Shown: positions 1 to 13,971 of the stretch, piece after piece
Layout of the letters: each line of letters starts with the position of its first letter
Numbering within the stretch: position 1 is the first letter of the stretch
From: Chrysomallon squamiferum
Taxonomy: Eukaryota; Animalia; Mollusca
Assembly (NCBI GenBank): GCA_012295275.1
Contig: CM022677.1
Span: forward strand, 10,974,001 to 11,038,000
Length of the DNA: 64,000 nucleotides
Direction of reading: 5' to 3'
Position numbers and translations under genes: made by a program
The notes under the pieces: model-generated
What the model saw: the letters and a program-made list of their open reading frames with translations, nothing else
Database searches by the model: none
Told to the model about the DNA's origin: nothing

Positions 1-1660
1 GAATGATTCATAAAAAGCGCTAAAGAATAATGAGAAGGACGAAAGCTAGAAATAACGCCGCTACGACGGCAACGATGGTGATATTAATAGAAATGTAATA
101 ATACATTAAAGAATAGGATTTGAACTCTAAAAATGTATTTTTAAATATTATCAGTATATTTTAATACAGATGGGCACGGTCAGAAAATAAGAATAACAGC
201 GAATAAAAAACGAAAAGGGATAATGAGGAGTTCACCAATAACATTAGCAACAACGCCGGAATGATGGCAATGAAGCCGATATTAATAGAAATATTAATAA
301 AATACTTTAATATAGAATGCGCACGTTACAAAATAAGAATAACAGCGAATAAAAAGCGAAAAAGAATAGTGAAGTGTACACCAAGATGTTAAGAACAATG
401 CTGGAACGATGGCAATGATGGCTTCATTAATAGAAAGAGTAATGATTTTTTTAGTGTAGGAAGTAACACTGATTGCAATAGTTAATAAAAGGCAAAATAA
501 TAAGGTGAAATACACCGAGAGCATTAAGAACAATTCCGTAACGACGGTCATGATGGTGTATTAAAAGAGATAACAATAACATATTTTTGTATAGGTGATG
601 CGTCCGCTCAGAAAGAATGAGGAATAATTAGTGAAAAGCGCTAAATAATATCCAGAATATATTCTAATATATGATCTGCGCACTAAGATGGTAAGAATAA
701 TATAAAGAGTAAGAGAATAATGAAAAACACCAAAATCTTTAGGAATAACCAGTTTACGACGGCAACGACGGTGACATTAATAGAAATCGTATTCATATTT
801 TTAACGTGAGCTGTGGACACTAAGAAAGTGTGAAAAATAGTTAATGAAAAGGAAAATAAAGAGGAGTACACCCAGAATGTTGAGAACAACGTCGTTATGG
901 CGGCGACATTAATATAAATTACAACAATATATTTTAATAGGTGATGTGCCCGCTGAGAAAGTTTGAGGAATAATTAGTAAAAAGCTTTAAAGAATAATGA
1001 GAAGTATGAATAATAGTTAATAAAAAAAAAAAAAAGATTGTGAGAATTAAGTGAAATATGGCAAACGCGGAGGCACACTCCATCGTTTCTGATCATGATC
1101 CGAAGGTCAGCGAGTAGAACGTGAAAAGTCTACTCAGCAACCGAACAGAATCAAGAATTATCTTAAACAGCAAGACTCTGCGCTTTTATTCTTTCATAAT
1201 ACTAATTATGTATTTCAATATATATTAATTCCATAAATATCTCATAAATAAAATGTTTGCATAGTACGGACTTATCAAGGGTACAACACTGAAATAATTG
1301 TTTCGAGCTACAAAAATTAAAATATTTGACAAATAATAATAATAACAACAACAACAATAATAATAATCATAATCATAAAATCAACAAATGTTATTCAGTG
1401 TTAGTACTAAATAATAATTTTCCTTAAACGTTTTTCTTTCGCGTTCGATCTGAATAATTATATAAAATTATTCACTTCGGACGTTGAAAACAACGCTGTT
1501 ACGTTGGTAATCACGGCGACATTAATAGACATATTAATAATATAGGATGTACACACTGAGATGGAAAGAATAATAGCTGATAAAAAGAGAAAAAGAATAA
1601 TGATAAATACACCTAGAACATTAGGAACAACCCCTTTCCGACGGCAACGACGGCAACTCT
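1..1660 (+). repeat. Degenerate tandem repeat (~130-150 bp unit), interrupted ~1030-1470
   Basis: Recurrent core ACGACGGCAACGACGGCGACATTAATAGAAAT..AATATATTTTAATA..AAGAATAA..GAGAACAAC at about 62, 260, 405, 540, 755, 895, 1510 and 1640; explains the spurious minus-strand ORFs 294..551 and 683..889. Confidence 0.85.
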
Positions 1661-2019
1661 ACTGTTCATACAGATGTTTAACCGTTACATGCATAAATGA
1701 ATATCTCTAACAGTCATATATTTTATTTTATTTATTATTATTGTTATTATAAATATTCGGTGCGTGTTTTCTCTCTTTAACTTTCAAACCTGGCTACGCC
1801 TCTGATGGGTGCTGAGGATATAAAATAGACTTAATTGTATAGTCTACATGTTCATAACTTGAAACCCTGTACTTACGTTTTACTAAGTCTCATACGCCAG
1901 TCGTGAAATACAGTTTAATTAGTGAAGACAGAAAATGATGCTGCCCGACTGAAATAACAATGTAAAGACAAATTCAGGTAATTGTTTATTTTTTATTTAT
2001 TTATTTATTTATTTATTTA

Positions 2020-2064
<45 letters not shown>

Positions 2065-2714
2065 TTTTTTTTTTGTACATTATAGCGTCCATATACGCTA
2101 ATCAACATTAATTTCAACAAATAAAAATGAAACACATATTCTGCAAAATAATGTGACATGGAAATCCTGAAATTCTTTGATTGAGGGTCTAGGGGAAGTA
2201 ACTCTAAATAATAACAACGACAATCCCGCTAAGATACGAGGTATCAAAGCAAGTTTGTAACTTGAAAAATAACAAGAAAAACCAAAAATAATTGTCTTTG
2301 GATGGAAAGTAAAATGTAGAAGCCAACTTCTATACTATGGTATAGTATCTAAGTTTATATATTTAATCTACTTATAATGACGTTAATTGAATTCTTGATT
2401 GAAAGTAAAATGTAGAAGCCAACTTCTATCCAAGTTTATTTATTTTATCTACTCATAATGACGTTAATTGAATTCTTAGCAGATATATTGGTAGCATGGT
2501 CCAACAGGAAAAACTGCCTCCATAATTTAATGGGTGCAAACTACACCTGAATGTTGTTTTCTGCTGGTTCTGACACGGGGAATATTGCTAATTAGAAAAT
2601 TTAGTACATTAATCTTTTACCGAATTACAATTTTAGTTTATTATGCATAAAAATAATCCAGTTTGAAAAGTTTGTTTAAGTTGAAAAGGCGCGTTACATC
2701 AAGGTTTGGTAATA

Positions 2715-2860
2715 TGAACAGCCATCTTTATCTTTTTTCTGTGTAAGTCATAAAAAGTTCAGAAAACAGATGTAAAATAATTGAATTTGGAAATTTAAAA
2801 ACTTCCGTGAGCTCACGGAAACCTCCGATCAAAATCCAAGATGGCAGCGTCGAACGCCGA
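2715..2860 (+). promoter_or_regulatory. Putative promoter-like island: two YY1-like motifs and a perfect 18-bp palindrome
   Basis: CAGCCATCTT (~2719, reverse-orientation AAGATGGCTG), TTCCGTGAGCTCACGGAA (2803-2820, self-complementary) and CCAAGATGGCAGC (~2837), with local CpG enrichment upstream of the 4.9-11 kb exon series. Confidence 0.35.
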
Positions 2861-3376
2861 TCAGTGTTTACAAACTTTTAAACACGTATTCCTTCATAAC
2901 GCAGTCAATTCTGTTCAAAGTAATTTGGAGAAATATGGCATTTAATTACATAGTAGATGTCTATTATTGAGTATAAACTGCTGCAAAGGCAGAAACCTTT
3001 TTTCTTTTCTTTTGGTAACTTTGACGTCATACCATATCGAACCCGTTTCGTACTATATATATATATATATATATATATAGATAACATTTTTTTTTTTTTT
3101 TCAGGTATTGTTATCGTTCCTGTTGGTCCATGCTAATTAGAATTTTTTTGAATATGATTAGTGACCATCTAAAATTATATTTGTTTATGTTGTTGTTTCT
3201 TAAATTGACTGTCATCTGCCTGTTTAACAGAGTTGTTGCTATCAAACATAAACAAGAACGCAGATTAGCTCATCTATATTTCAGTAAAAGAAATGTTCTA
3301 ATAATTTATAATTATTATTATTATTATCATGATGATTATTATGATTATGATTATTGTTATTTAAATTTGATATTGA

Positions 3377-3431
<55 letters not shown>

Positions 3432-6219
3432 GCCACTACTACTAATAATAATAATAATCATCATCATCACCATTTAATTTAGCTTTCTTTTTTATTTCAA
3501 AGTTCTTTTCATTTGGACTCTGTAATTTGTATTATTTCTTTATCTTGTTACTATTTCAGGATTATTTTATTTTATGACATTTTATTATTATTATTTTCTA
3601 TAATTTATTTATTTAATTTATTTGTTTAATTTTTTTTAAATATATCTGTGTGTGTGTGTGTGTGGATATATACATATACTATCTGAATTATTCTGTCTTC
3701 TTAGGTTTTATTCTTCTAGTTTCTTCTTATTCCTGTGATATTCATATTTCTTTATTTGTTTTTATTTCTTTTCATTTTTTATTTTCTTTAAAGTTATTTT
3801 GTTTATTTTTTTAACCTATTTACCATGATTATTGTTTCTTGTTATTTTTCTACATTGTTATTTCTTCAAACTCTTCTTTTTCTTATTGTCTGTTTTTCTT
3901 GTCAGTATACATTTTCAGTTATTTTAATGATAAGGAAGATTTTTTTGATATACAATTTACTTCTTTTTTTTCAGTCTCCCAGTTTCTGTACATAGTTCTT
4001 TTTATTCTTTCTTTTTGTTTCTTTATATTATAAATTCTTAATATTTATTTTAATGAATTTTATTGTTTATTTATTATTTTGTTTTTTATTATTTTTTGTT
4101 TTTGTTTTTCAAACTACTGACCATTCTTATTCTTGTTAATTTTCTTCTTCATTCTTTTTTGTTTCTTATTCTTCATTTCCTAGATTCTGTGGATTCTTTT
4201 ATGTTACCATTATTTGTTATTTACTTATTTTTTCCTGACATTACTTAAATTATACAATATTATTTCTTTTAATTCTTCAGTTGTCTTTCTTTTATCATTT
4301 TAATTTCTTTTGTTTTGTTTTTTAACTTTGTTCTCCTCCTCATTTTATTTGAAGAATTAGAATTATTTTCATTTATTATTATGTATGTGTATGTATTTAT
4401 ATTATTATTATAATTTTAATTTAATTTATATTTGATTTATCTATTTATTTATTTTTTTATTTTTTTATTCAGTGGGGAGCAGACTTTTTTTTAGTGTTTT
4501 AATAAAACAAATTACCTAGTAATATCTCAGAGAATTAATATTTCTGTTACTAGAGTAGATGTTCTGTCTTCCTAAGTCAAAACCTGTTTCCATTATTTCT
4601 TGTGTTTGCTGAACAAACCCAAACAATAATGAAGTTGAAAACTTGTCAATATATTTTGTTTTCTGAAAATTATTATTAGTAGTAATTTTTTTAGATCCGG
4701 TATTATAATGATAACTTGTTTATTATTATTAGTGTCTTTTAAATAGTTACCAATAAATATTTGTATTTATATTCACTTAATGTTTTCTCTTAATTTCAAG
4801 GTCTGCCCTCTGTTTATATATATAATTCTTTTTATTTCTAATTTTTTTTTTTATTTCTATAGAACTGACATAGGTTTCACATTACTGAAAAAGAAACAGC
4901 AGTTGGCAACAACAACACCAGTATCACCATTAGACCTGAGACAAACTGACATCACCACACCAACCACTGAAAACTCAAACTCTGTGCCAAGGAAGATCCA
5001 GACACACTAGAAAAGAAACCAGAAACACCACCACCCATTGGGAGAGGTACTTTGGTAAAAAATAATGTCTAAGAAAGAAAGGGAACAGAAAAAGTTTGAT
5101 TATGTGAATCAACTTGTGAAACTGGAATGTTTGTTGAAAGCAGCCACAAGCTTTAACACCAACATATCCACTTAGTCACATTTTAAATCTTTGAAAAACA
5201 TTCAGGTAAATATGTCTTAGTCATCTGTCTGTTTCTCTTTCTACCTCCCTATTTATTTATTTGATTTCTATCTCTGCTTTTCTGTTTGTCTGAATTTCTT
5301 TTCTTGAAAATGTGCAGATAAATATGTTTATCTGTCTATGTCTCTAATTACTATATACTTATCTGTTTTTCTGTCTCTACCTTTAAATATCATTTCTTAT
5401 TTGTTCCTAATTATCATGTTTTAGTTTTCTTTCATTTTTCTTCCTTTCTTTCTTTACGTTTTTTAAAAATTATTTTCAAAGTTATTATCTTTCTGTAAGT
5501 TCTCTTTTGATAATTCTGAACATAAATAGCTTTAGAATCAGTAATTTAAATACTTTTTTTTATTTATTTATAGTTTTAATTTATAAAAATGCTCTTAAAA
5601 CAAGTTTTAGTAGACAGTTGATTAGTTAATTTATCTTTATATATCATTTCTTATTTGTTCCTAATTATCATTTTTTTAGTTTTCTTTCTTTTTCCTTCCT
5701 TTCTTTTCTTTATGTTTTTAAAAATTATTTTCAAAGTTGTAAAAACAAGTTTTAGTAGACAGTTGATTAGTTTATTTATTTGTATTTATTTATAAATCTT
5801 TCTGCCTATCTTCTGTCTATCTATTTGATGTATGTATCTATCTATCTATCATTTATTGATTTTCTTATTTGTTTTAATTTATTTAAAGTCAGTGTAATAT
5901 GAGTGATGTTGGTCAAAAGATTTGTGTACTGCAGTCACAGAACATTCTTCTCTCACTGAACTTAATAACTGCAGCAATCAGGTGGGTGTGTCAGTAAATA
6001 GTCAATCAGAACTCAGCCTGATTAACCAATCAGACTACAGATAGAGATTAACCAATGAAACCACATAATGATTAACTAACCAATCTTCAGAGAGAGATCA
6101 GCCAATCAGAATTAATTAGCTCAATATTATTTTTGTACACACCATGCTTATTTTAATCACTGACATTAAATTATTTTCTGCTTATGTAGATTCTACACAT
6201 TGTGAATTACTATTATTTA

Positions 6220-6262
<43 letters not shown>

Positions 6263-6934
6263 TATTATTATTATTACTGTTATTGTTTTTATTTGTTTTT
6301 ATTACGAGCTGGGATCACTAAATCATGTACTCAGTTTTCAATCATCCAAGATGATAGCTTTTTACCTGATGATGCAAAACTTAATAACCAAACACTTAAA
6401 TGTTGATGTAGATTTGTAATATATATTATTCTCTATCTCTCTCACTCTCTGTGTATGTGTGGTGTGTATGTGTATGTATATATATATATATATACATACA
6501 TACACGTGTATTTCATTCTGTAACTATCTAGGTTTGACAGATTTGTTATTATTATATTTTTTCTACTTCTATTTCCTTTTTTGCTGATAGTTAAGGTTTA
6601 TTAATACTGTTTTTCACTTATTTCAGATATTCCAGATTCCAAATCAGTCACAAGTTCTCTACAGGAATTAAGTCTGAACTCCAGTTGTTTAACCAACCAG
6701 CTGTTTGAGTTTCCATGGAAAACTCCTTTCTTTGAAAGATGTGGTCATTGGAAACTGTTCTGATTTTTCTGTATCTGTCATTGACAATTTAATTAAACTT
6801 ACTTGAGATAACTTTTGTTTAAATTTTATAAATTTTTCTAATATTTTAAAAATTATTCTGTATATAATCCTTATCTTTCTCTATCTGACAGAGACAATTT
6901 CGTTAAACCATACGCCAAGAATATTAAACTCTGT

Positions 6935-6986
6935 ATGTGTGTATGTGTGTGTGTATCAGCAATAGCGATAATTGCTACTCTGATAA

Positions 6987-7026
<40 letters not shown>

Positions 7027-8035
7027 CTGTGTGTGTGAGACTATCAGAAATAGTGATAACTGCTACTCTGATAATAATGTGTGCATGTATGTGTACATGT
7101 TTGTGTGTTTGTGAGTGTGTCAGCAATAGTGATAATTACAACTCTGATAATAGTATATGTGTGTGTTTGAGTGTATCAGCAATAGTGATAACTGCTACTC
7201 TGATAATAGTATGTGTGTGTGTGAGTGTATCAGCAAGAGTGATAATTCCTAGTCTGATAATAGTGTGTTTGTGTGAGTGTATCAGCAATAGTGGTAATTC
7301 TAGTCTGATTAATAGTATATGTGTGTGTGTGAGTGTATCAGACATAGTGATAACTACTACTCTGATAATGGTATGTGTGTGTGTTTGTGTATCAGCAATA
7401 GTGATAATTGCTACCTCTCATAATTGTGTGTATGTGAGTATATCAGCAATAGTGATAATTGCTACTCTGGTAATAGTGTTTCTATCTGTGAATCAGCAGT
7501 AGTGAAAATTGCTACTCTGATAAAAGTATGTGTGTATGTGAGTATATCAGCAATAGTGATAACTGCTACACTGATTTTAGTGTGTGTATGTATCAGCAGT
7601 AGTGATAACTGCTACTCTGATAAATGTGTGTGTGTTTGTAACAGCACTAGTGATAACTGCCACTGTGATAATAGTTGTGTGTGTATCAGCATTTGTTATA
7701 ATTCCTACTCAGATAATAACGTGCAATAGTGATAACTGCTACTCTGATAATAGTATTTGTTTGTGCTTGGGAGTCTGTGTGTGTATCACCAATAGTGATA
7801 TCTGCTACTCTATTAATAGTATATGTGTGTGTGTTTGTGTTTGAGTATATCAGCAATAGCGATAATTGCTTCTCTGATACTAGTGTATGTGTGTATATCA
7901 GCAATAGTGATTATTGCTACACAGGTAATATCGTGTATCAATAAAAGAGATAATTTCTACTAACTGTGTATGTGTGTGTGAGTGAGTGTGTGTGTATCAG
8001 CAATAGTGATAATTGCTACTTAGATAACAGTGTGT
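6935..8035 (+). repeat. Minisatellite: ~20 units of TATCAGCAATAGTGATAAYTGCTACTCTGATAATAGT separated by (GT)n
   Basis: Unit directly visible and intronic; source of the Cys/Val-rich spurious ORFs 6993-7944. Confidence 0.95.
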
Positions 8036-8535
8036 GTATTAAGACATTTTTGGTTATCAGTTTATATGTTTAAATGCTTTGTACAAAATACTCAGGCCTG
8101 TTTTTTAAATTTGAGATTGAAACTGACTGTGCCCTTAGTCTTTGTTTATACCACCAAGGGACACAAGTCTGAGTTAAAGAGCTTGAGTGGAAACTCATTA
8201 GGTAATAAATTATTTTTGTATTTTTCAGAAAATATTAGTTTTTTTAATTCAAAATATGAAAATAGAAGCTTGCATATTGTTTGAGATTTGTTCTGTTTAA
8301 TTTTATTACTATACCTACACAGGAGGAAAAATAACACATCTGAATAGCATCTTGTAAATACAATAGTTTTCAGTTCTTTATCATTTGTAACAGAGATGTA
8401 ATTAGCAACAAAAACATCAGCAGCAACATGTAACATGGTGGTGATAGTAGCAGCTATGATGTAGTAATAGTAGCAACAGCATCAGCAGTAGTAATAATAA
8501 CAGCTACTACTGTATCAAAACATCTAGAAAGAGTA

Positions 8536-8574
<39 letters not shown>

Positions 8575-8584
8575 GCTAACATTG

Positions 8585-8737
8585 TAGGATAGTGATAATA
8601 AAAGCTACTGTGAAGCTGAAGTTATAGTAGGTAGTAGTACCAGCAGTAGTAATAGTAACTAGTTTAGTAATACTACTGCAGCTACTATTGCCTACTATAA
8701 CTACAGCTACACATTAGCTTTTATTATCACTATCCTA
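8585..8737. repeat. ~150 bp inverted repeat (foldback hairpin)
   Basis: TAGGATAGTGATAATAAAAGCTA (8585) pairs perfectly with TAGCTTTTATTATCACTATCCTA (ends 8737); a further ~44 bp of imperfect stem lies inside. Confidence 0.9.
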
Positions 8738-9112
8738 ATAGTAGCAGTAGTAGTAGTAATAATAATAGAAGTGATGTAGTTGTAATAGAAGTGCAGTAGG
8801 AACAGCAGCTGTAGTTGCAATAGTCATAGTAGTAGTTCCTGCTTCCTTAGATTTTAAATTTTAAATTCATGTTTTTAAAATACTTTTTTATTATCCTTCA
8901 GGGAAGGAGGGACTGTTGTTACTGACAGTGTTGTATCTTAACAACCAGAAGAAAAACTTGCAAGAAAATGAAATGGAAGAACTTTCCACAAAGTTGGATG
9001 CTGCAATTGGTAATAAATAAATTTATTTAAGAAAAAGAACAATAAAAATAAAAATAATAAGAAATAAACAATAATAATAAAAAATAAATAAGTAAATAAA
9101 TAAATAACTAGC

Positions 9113-9168
9113 CTGAACCTAACCCTAACACTAGTCTTAGCCCTAATCCTAACCCTAACTCTAATCTA
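9113..9168. repeat. Short degenerate (CCCTAA)n telomere-like tract
   Basis: cctgaacctaaccctaacactagtcttagccctaatcctaaccctaactctaa. Confidence 0.7.
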
Positions 9169-9717
9169 AGTTTATCCGATGGTAAAAATAAGAAAGAAGA
9201 AGGAATACTAAATGAAAGGTTTTATTATTGTTAATGCTGTTGTTGCATTGTTTTCGATCTAAATTAATTTTAAGGTCTCACTGTCAAGAAGTCAGGGGAG
9301 AAAATTGAATCATCTTGTAATTGTCTCTTCAGCACTTGGAGGACATCCTGGTAAACAGTTATTGTTATTTTTTTATTTTAACATTTATATGGTTCATACT
9401 TATTGAAATTTGTCATATCATTTATTTATTTATTTATCTTCCTCTAGGAATGCTGGGTAATATGATGCTCTGGCCAGCCATTCTCACAGATAAAGGAAAC
9501 AGCCAACTTCTGACACTGCAGCCATGTTGAAAGGTCATGGTGAGTGATTATATAGTATGTAGTAGTGTAGTAATAACAGTTCACAGCTATCTGTCTATCT
9601 TTCTATATATCTATCTGTAATAATAAACATCAATTCTCTATATATAAATAATAAATGTCACATTCTCTTTATTTATGAATATTTCTTGTTGTCTTTCCCT
9701 CTTGATAATTCAGTATG

Positions 9718-9780
<63 letters not shown>

Positions 9781-12700
9781 GTTATAATAATAGAGAAAAG
9801 AATAGGAGTGTATTCTGTCTGTTGATGACTTGAACATTATCACTGTGGCCAAGAAAGATGGAGAAGTACCTACCTGGCTTCAGGTAATAAACAAAGTATA
9901 TATATATGTGTTGTATTCTGTGTATGAAGATTTTAGTTTTTTCATGTGTTGGTGTGTGTGAATATATGTATACATACATATATATGTGTGTGTGTGTTTG
10001 ATTATTGGATAAATAGTTTTAAAAAGTACTATAACAAATACATATGAATGTATTTTGTTTTGAATACAGTCTGTGTATGTATTTAGAAATAAAAGAACAA
10101 GTAAATAAAGTTAACAAAAAATGTAGTGTGTGTGTGTATGTTTGTGTGTCTGTGTGTGTGTGTGTTTGTTATTATTACATCTGCCTACTATATTAACATA
10201 TATCTATTTACCAGTGTACATCTACAATAACCTGTGTGTCTGTCTGTCTGTCTGTTGGTCTACATCATCAACCTTCTGTATGTCTGTTGGTCTACATCAT
10301 CAACCTATCTATTTACCCAATATCTACCAGTCTCTAAATGCTTTTACTTCCTAAATAAATATATCTATGGACAACCAGCCAGAGTGTCAAGAATTAACAT
10401 AAATGTTGATGATGTTAAAATTACAGAACTGGAGGTAAAAGTCAGGTATAGTGATGATGTCATAGTATTTTTATTTCTCTCTCACTGTCTCTAAATTTCT
10501 CCTAGCCTCTCTGGATCTCTCTTTCACTTTCTTTCTTTTTTTCACTGTCTTTCCCTGTTCATCAAGTGTATGTGCATAATTATGATACCTAGGTTTAAAC
10601 AAAATAGCTGGTTTGTGCCTTGATGCTCATGGAAAGGATCACATATAACAAAAAAATAAAACAATATATAATAAACAAACTTAAAACTCAGAAAAGTATT
10701 CTTTCATTTGTAATTATATGTATTGGTATCATGTGCTGTCATATGTCAATTCTTTTTGTGAAATGGACAGGAATTAATGCTTATCTTTAAATAACTGAGA
10801 TTTTTGATAGCCATTGTTTTTACAAACTATACTAATGAATGAATGTTTTAGGACAGCCCAGCATGAAAAATATATCAGAGACTGGGTGACAAATAAAGGT
10901 AAATCTAATAATACAAACCAATACCTAATTACATTAATATTACATAAATATTAAATACTGCAATGTTTTTCTTAGACAAGAAGTGGAGAAGAGGATGAAG
11001 ATTCAGTTCATCATGAACTAATCCTGCAGAACACAGAGGTATTGTTAATAATATATCCAGTTTTTCTCTGATTATAGAGGTTAAGTTTTCTATGCCTGTC
11101 AGTATTTTCTGATGTAGATAATGTCAATTCCACTTCATAGAAAAGATTTAAAAAGTTTCTGTACAAACTTTTCTGATACAAAGAATGATAATTTTAGCCA
11201 TACAACTTAACAGATCTAATACAGAGATGATGCAGAAAATGATGATTATCATCCACTTCATCTGATGATAGTTACAGTTATTGCTACTCTATCCAGTATT
11301 CTGATGTAGAAATTAACAATTTTTACCATCTTGTCGTATGATTTTTTTAATGATCTATTCAGCATTTTCTGATACACAGAATAAAATATGCTGTTAATTC
11401 ACACACTGATACTGATATTTATGTAATATACATGGACCAAAGTTTATTTCTATAAGATTTTTGTTTTCTTTATCTTTGTTGTTTTTATTGAAGTGTTTTT
11501 ATAAGAAGTGTTTTTGATAATATAAGTTATTATTTATTACATTTATGTTCTGCACTGTATGTGTGGGGATACTGTATGTGTATGTTGTATGTTGGTATGT
11601 CTGCATGTGTGTGTGTGTGTGTATGTCATTTTGTATGTAGACATGTCTGTGTGTATGTGTGGGTTTTGCCTAAGTGCATGTGCGAGTGTGTACTTCTGTG
11701 TGATTATTGTAATGTTTGTATATGTGTTATTTTCAGTGTTTGTTTTGTGTCTTGTATGTGCTTGTACTTTAGTGCATGCATTTATGTGTCTGCATATATC
11801 TGCATAAATTAGAAAATAAACACAGCAAATAAAGCATCGAATCAAATTATTTAGCAGACTTTAAAAATAAAACCCAGGTGTCTAGATTAATTTTTAAAAC
11901 TAGCTCCTGTTAAATAATGTAATTAATTATCCAATGTAATAATTTAAAACAAGTGTAAAAAAAAGTAAATAAGTGACAACTGTAGTTAAATTATATTTTC
12001 TTTTTCCATTGTTTTTGTTATTTGTTTATAATTACACATGTAATTTGACAGTATGTTTTTTATAGGCATTTTTAATTCATTAATTGTTATATTTGTAACA
12101 ATTTTGCTGTTGAATTTGATTTTTTAATTCATTGTTACTGTTTCATGGTAAATAAAAAAGAGATATAAAATTGTTTTCAGGGTGTTTATTATTATTGATT
12201 TTGTTTTTAATTTGGGTGGGAAATTGTATTTGCTTTCTTTCATTATTTCATATGGTTTAACAATTTAAAATTAATTTGCAGAAGGTTTATCAAAAGAGAG
12301 TTATTTCCCTTATGTTATGAAAAGTTATTATCCATGATCAGTTGCTCCTAATAATAATAATAATAATAATAATAATTACTTACATTGATTATAAAAAACT
12401 AACAAACAAATGGATAATAAAATATTATGAGTTTTTATTTCATTTATTTATTCTTCATTAAGTGATGCTGAAGATGCATAAAACATAAGAAATGGAAATG
12501 GAGGTCGTACCCACGACACTCCCCGATTTTCTAGTTTCACTGTAAGTCATATTTCTGCACTAGAACTAACTCGCAATAGACATCACAGGAAGAAATCCTA
12601 CTTTTAGGAACTTGGGTCATGGTGTAAGATTCTAATCATGTTTATGTAAATAATTTTCCATTTTACAAACAATGGATGTTTTCTAAACATTTGTTTCTTT

Positions 12701-13371
12701 TTGTTTACAGTAAAGCTGGGGAAGTAAATATAATAATCCTACATTCCAGTTTTAAAATCATGACGGTGTATGTGTGATTGTGTGTGTATGTGTGTGTGTG
12801 TGTCTGTGTGCGTGTGTGTGTGTGTGTGCGTGTGAAATAAATATGTTTTATTTTTAATTTAACTGAAACAAAAGTATTTAAATAAAATACGTATTTTGAT
12901 GGATGTAAATAACTATTTTAAAAAGCTTAATTAAATTAGTAAATTAATAAACTATAATTATATACTTTGAAAAATGAAAGTTACTAGTGTAATAATATCT
13001 CCCATGCACATGCGCAATCTATTAAGATTTACGTCAGCGGATTTAAATTCGGGTATAAATAAAACATCCAACGGTTTTACGTCAGTTGACATGCGAATGC
13101 CAATACTAGTAGGTCAATTTATTTTATTTTATTTTATTTTTTTTAAATTTATTATTATACCAAAGTGATTTATTTTTTTAAATTTATTATAATCAGTAAT
13201 AGCAGTTAACTGTATATTTAGTTAATAAATTTAGTTATTAAAATATTATTATCATTATAAATAATTATTCTTCTATAAGAAGAGCAATTACGAAATGAAT
13301 TCGAATAAAATCATATCTTAACTTTCTTATTATTTTTATTTTATATTTATTTATTTATTCATTTATTATTA

Positions 13372-13427
<56 letters not shown>

Positions 13428-13887
13428 GTTATTTTAATTTCAAACAAAAATAACTGTGGGGGTTTTAATATTCGGAAGTGTATATAAAATCTAACTAAAA
13501 AGTACGCTGAATAACGGAGACTCGCGAAATTTGCCGAGTACTGCCGGAAAATACAAATACATTTACTCGGCGAGACCATTTTGGTAAAGGTTTTCTTTAC
13601 TGATGAAGAAGAAATCAAATAATTCTGAAGACATTATTTTAAAACGAAATTAGGAAATTCCATCATGAAATAAATAAAATAAAAAAATGAAAAACTATCA
13701 ATAATATTATTTAAAAAATAAATATGTGATTAAATGAAACAAAATGAACTGTCAAATAAACTGACAAATAAACACAATAAAATAAAGTAAAGAAAAAGAG
13801 GAAAAAAGACAAATTACGAAATAAGCTGATTATTAAAATAGATTTTTGCATTTCTCTATGTATCTGAGTGTATTACCTCTTATTCTA

Positions 13888-13971
<84 letters not shown>

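Larger units (their letters stand above)
4863..11038 (+). pseudogene. Unidentified multi-exon pseudogene or gene fragment
   Basis: AG/GT-bounded exon-like blocks at 4863-5205, ~5890-5981, 6627-~6770, 8096-8201, 8902-9009, 9275-9350, 9448-9539, 9806-9883, ~10370-10445 and 10976-11038. Exons 8096-9883 splice in compatible phases to ACFLNLRLKLTVPLVFVYTTKGHKSELKSLSGNSLGKEGLLLLTVLYLNNQKKNLQENEMEELSTKLDAAIGLTVKKSGE/KLNHLVIVSSALGGHPGMLGNMMLWPAILTDKGNSQLLTLQPC*KVMECILSVDDLNIITVAKKDGEVPTWLQ, with one frameshift and one TGA. Confidence 0.6.

Noticed and set aside
2305-2480. ~96 bp two-copy tandem duplication; also short local repeats at 45420-45630 and 46185-46415
   Set aside because: Ordinary slippage-type duplications with no evidence of function.
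3130-4248. Hydrophobic Leu/Ile/Phe-rich ORFs (also 6144, 13355, 15532, 35968, 50506, 59923 and others)
   Set aside because: Translations of (ATT)n, (CTA)n and T-rich low-complexity DNA; not membrane proteins.
6660-6730. Frame reading GIKSELQLFNQPAV*VSMEN, resembling the N-terminus of Polinton/Maverick major capsid proteins (KSELDLF..P.TQTSIE)
   Set aside because: Similarity stops after ~18 aa, includes a stop, a different frame is the longer open one after the acceptor, and no other Polinton genes or termini are present.
6935-8035. CRISPR-like appearance (palindromic ~37 bp repeat with spacers)
   Set aside because: Spacers are just (GT)n of variable length, repeats are degenerate, there are no cas genes, and the context is a eukaryotic intron.
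9806-9883. ECILSVDDLNI as a P-element/THAP9 catalytic motif (CxLxFDEMxI)
   Set aside because: Neighbouring in-phase exons show no other P-transposase motifs.
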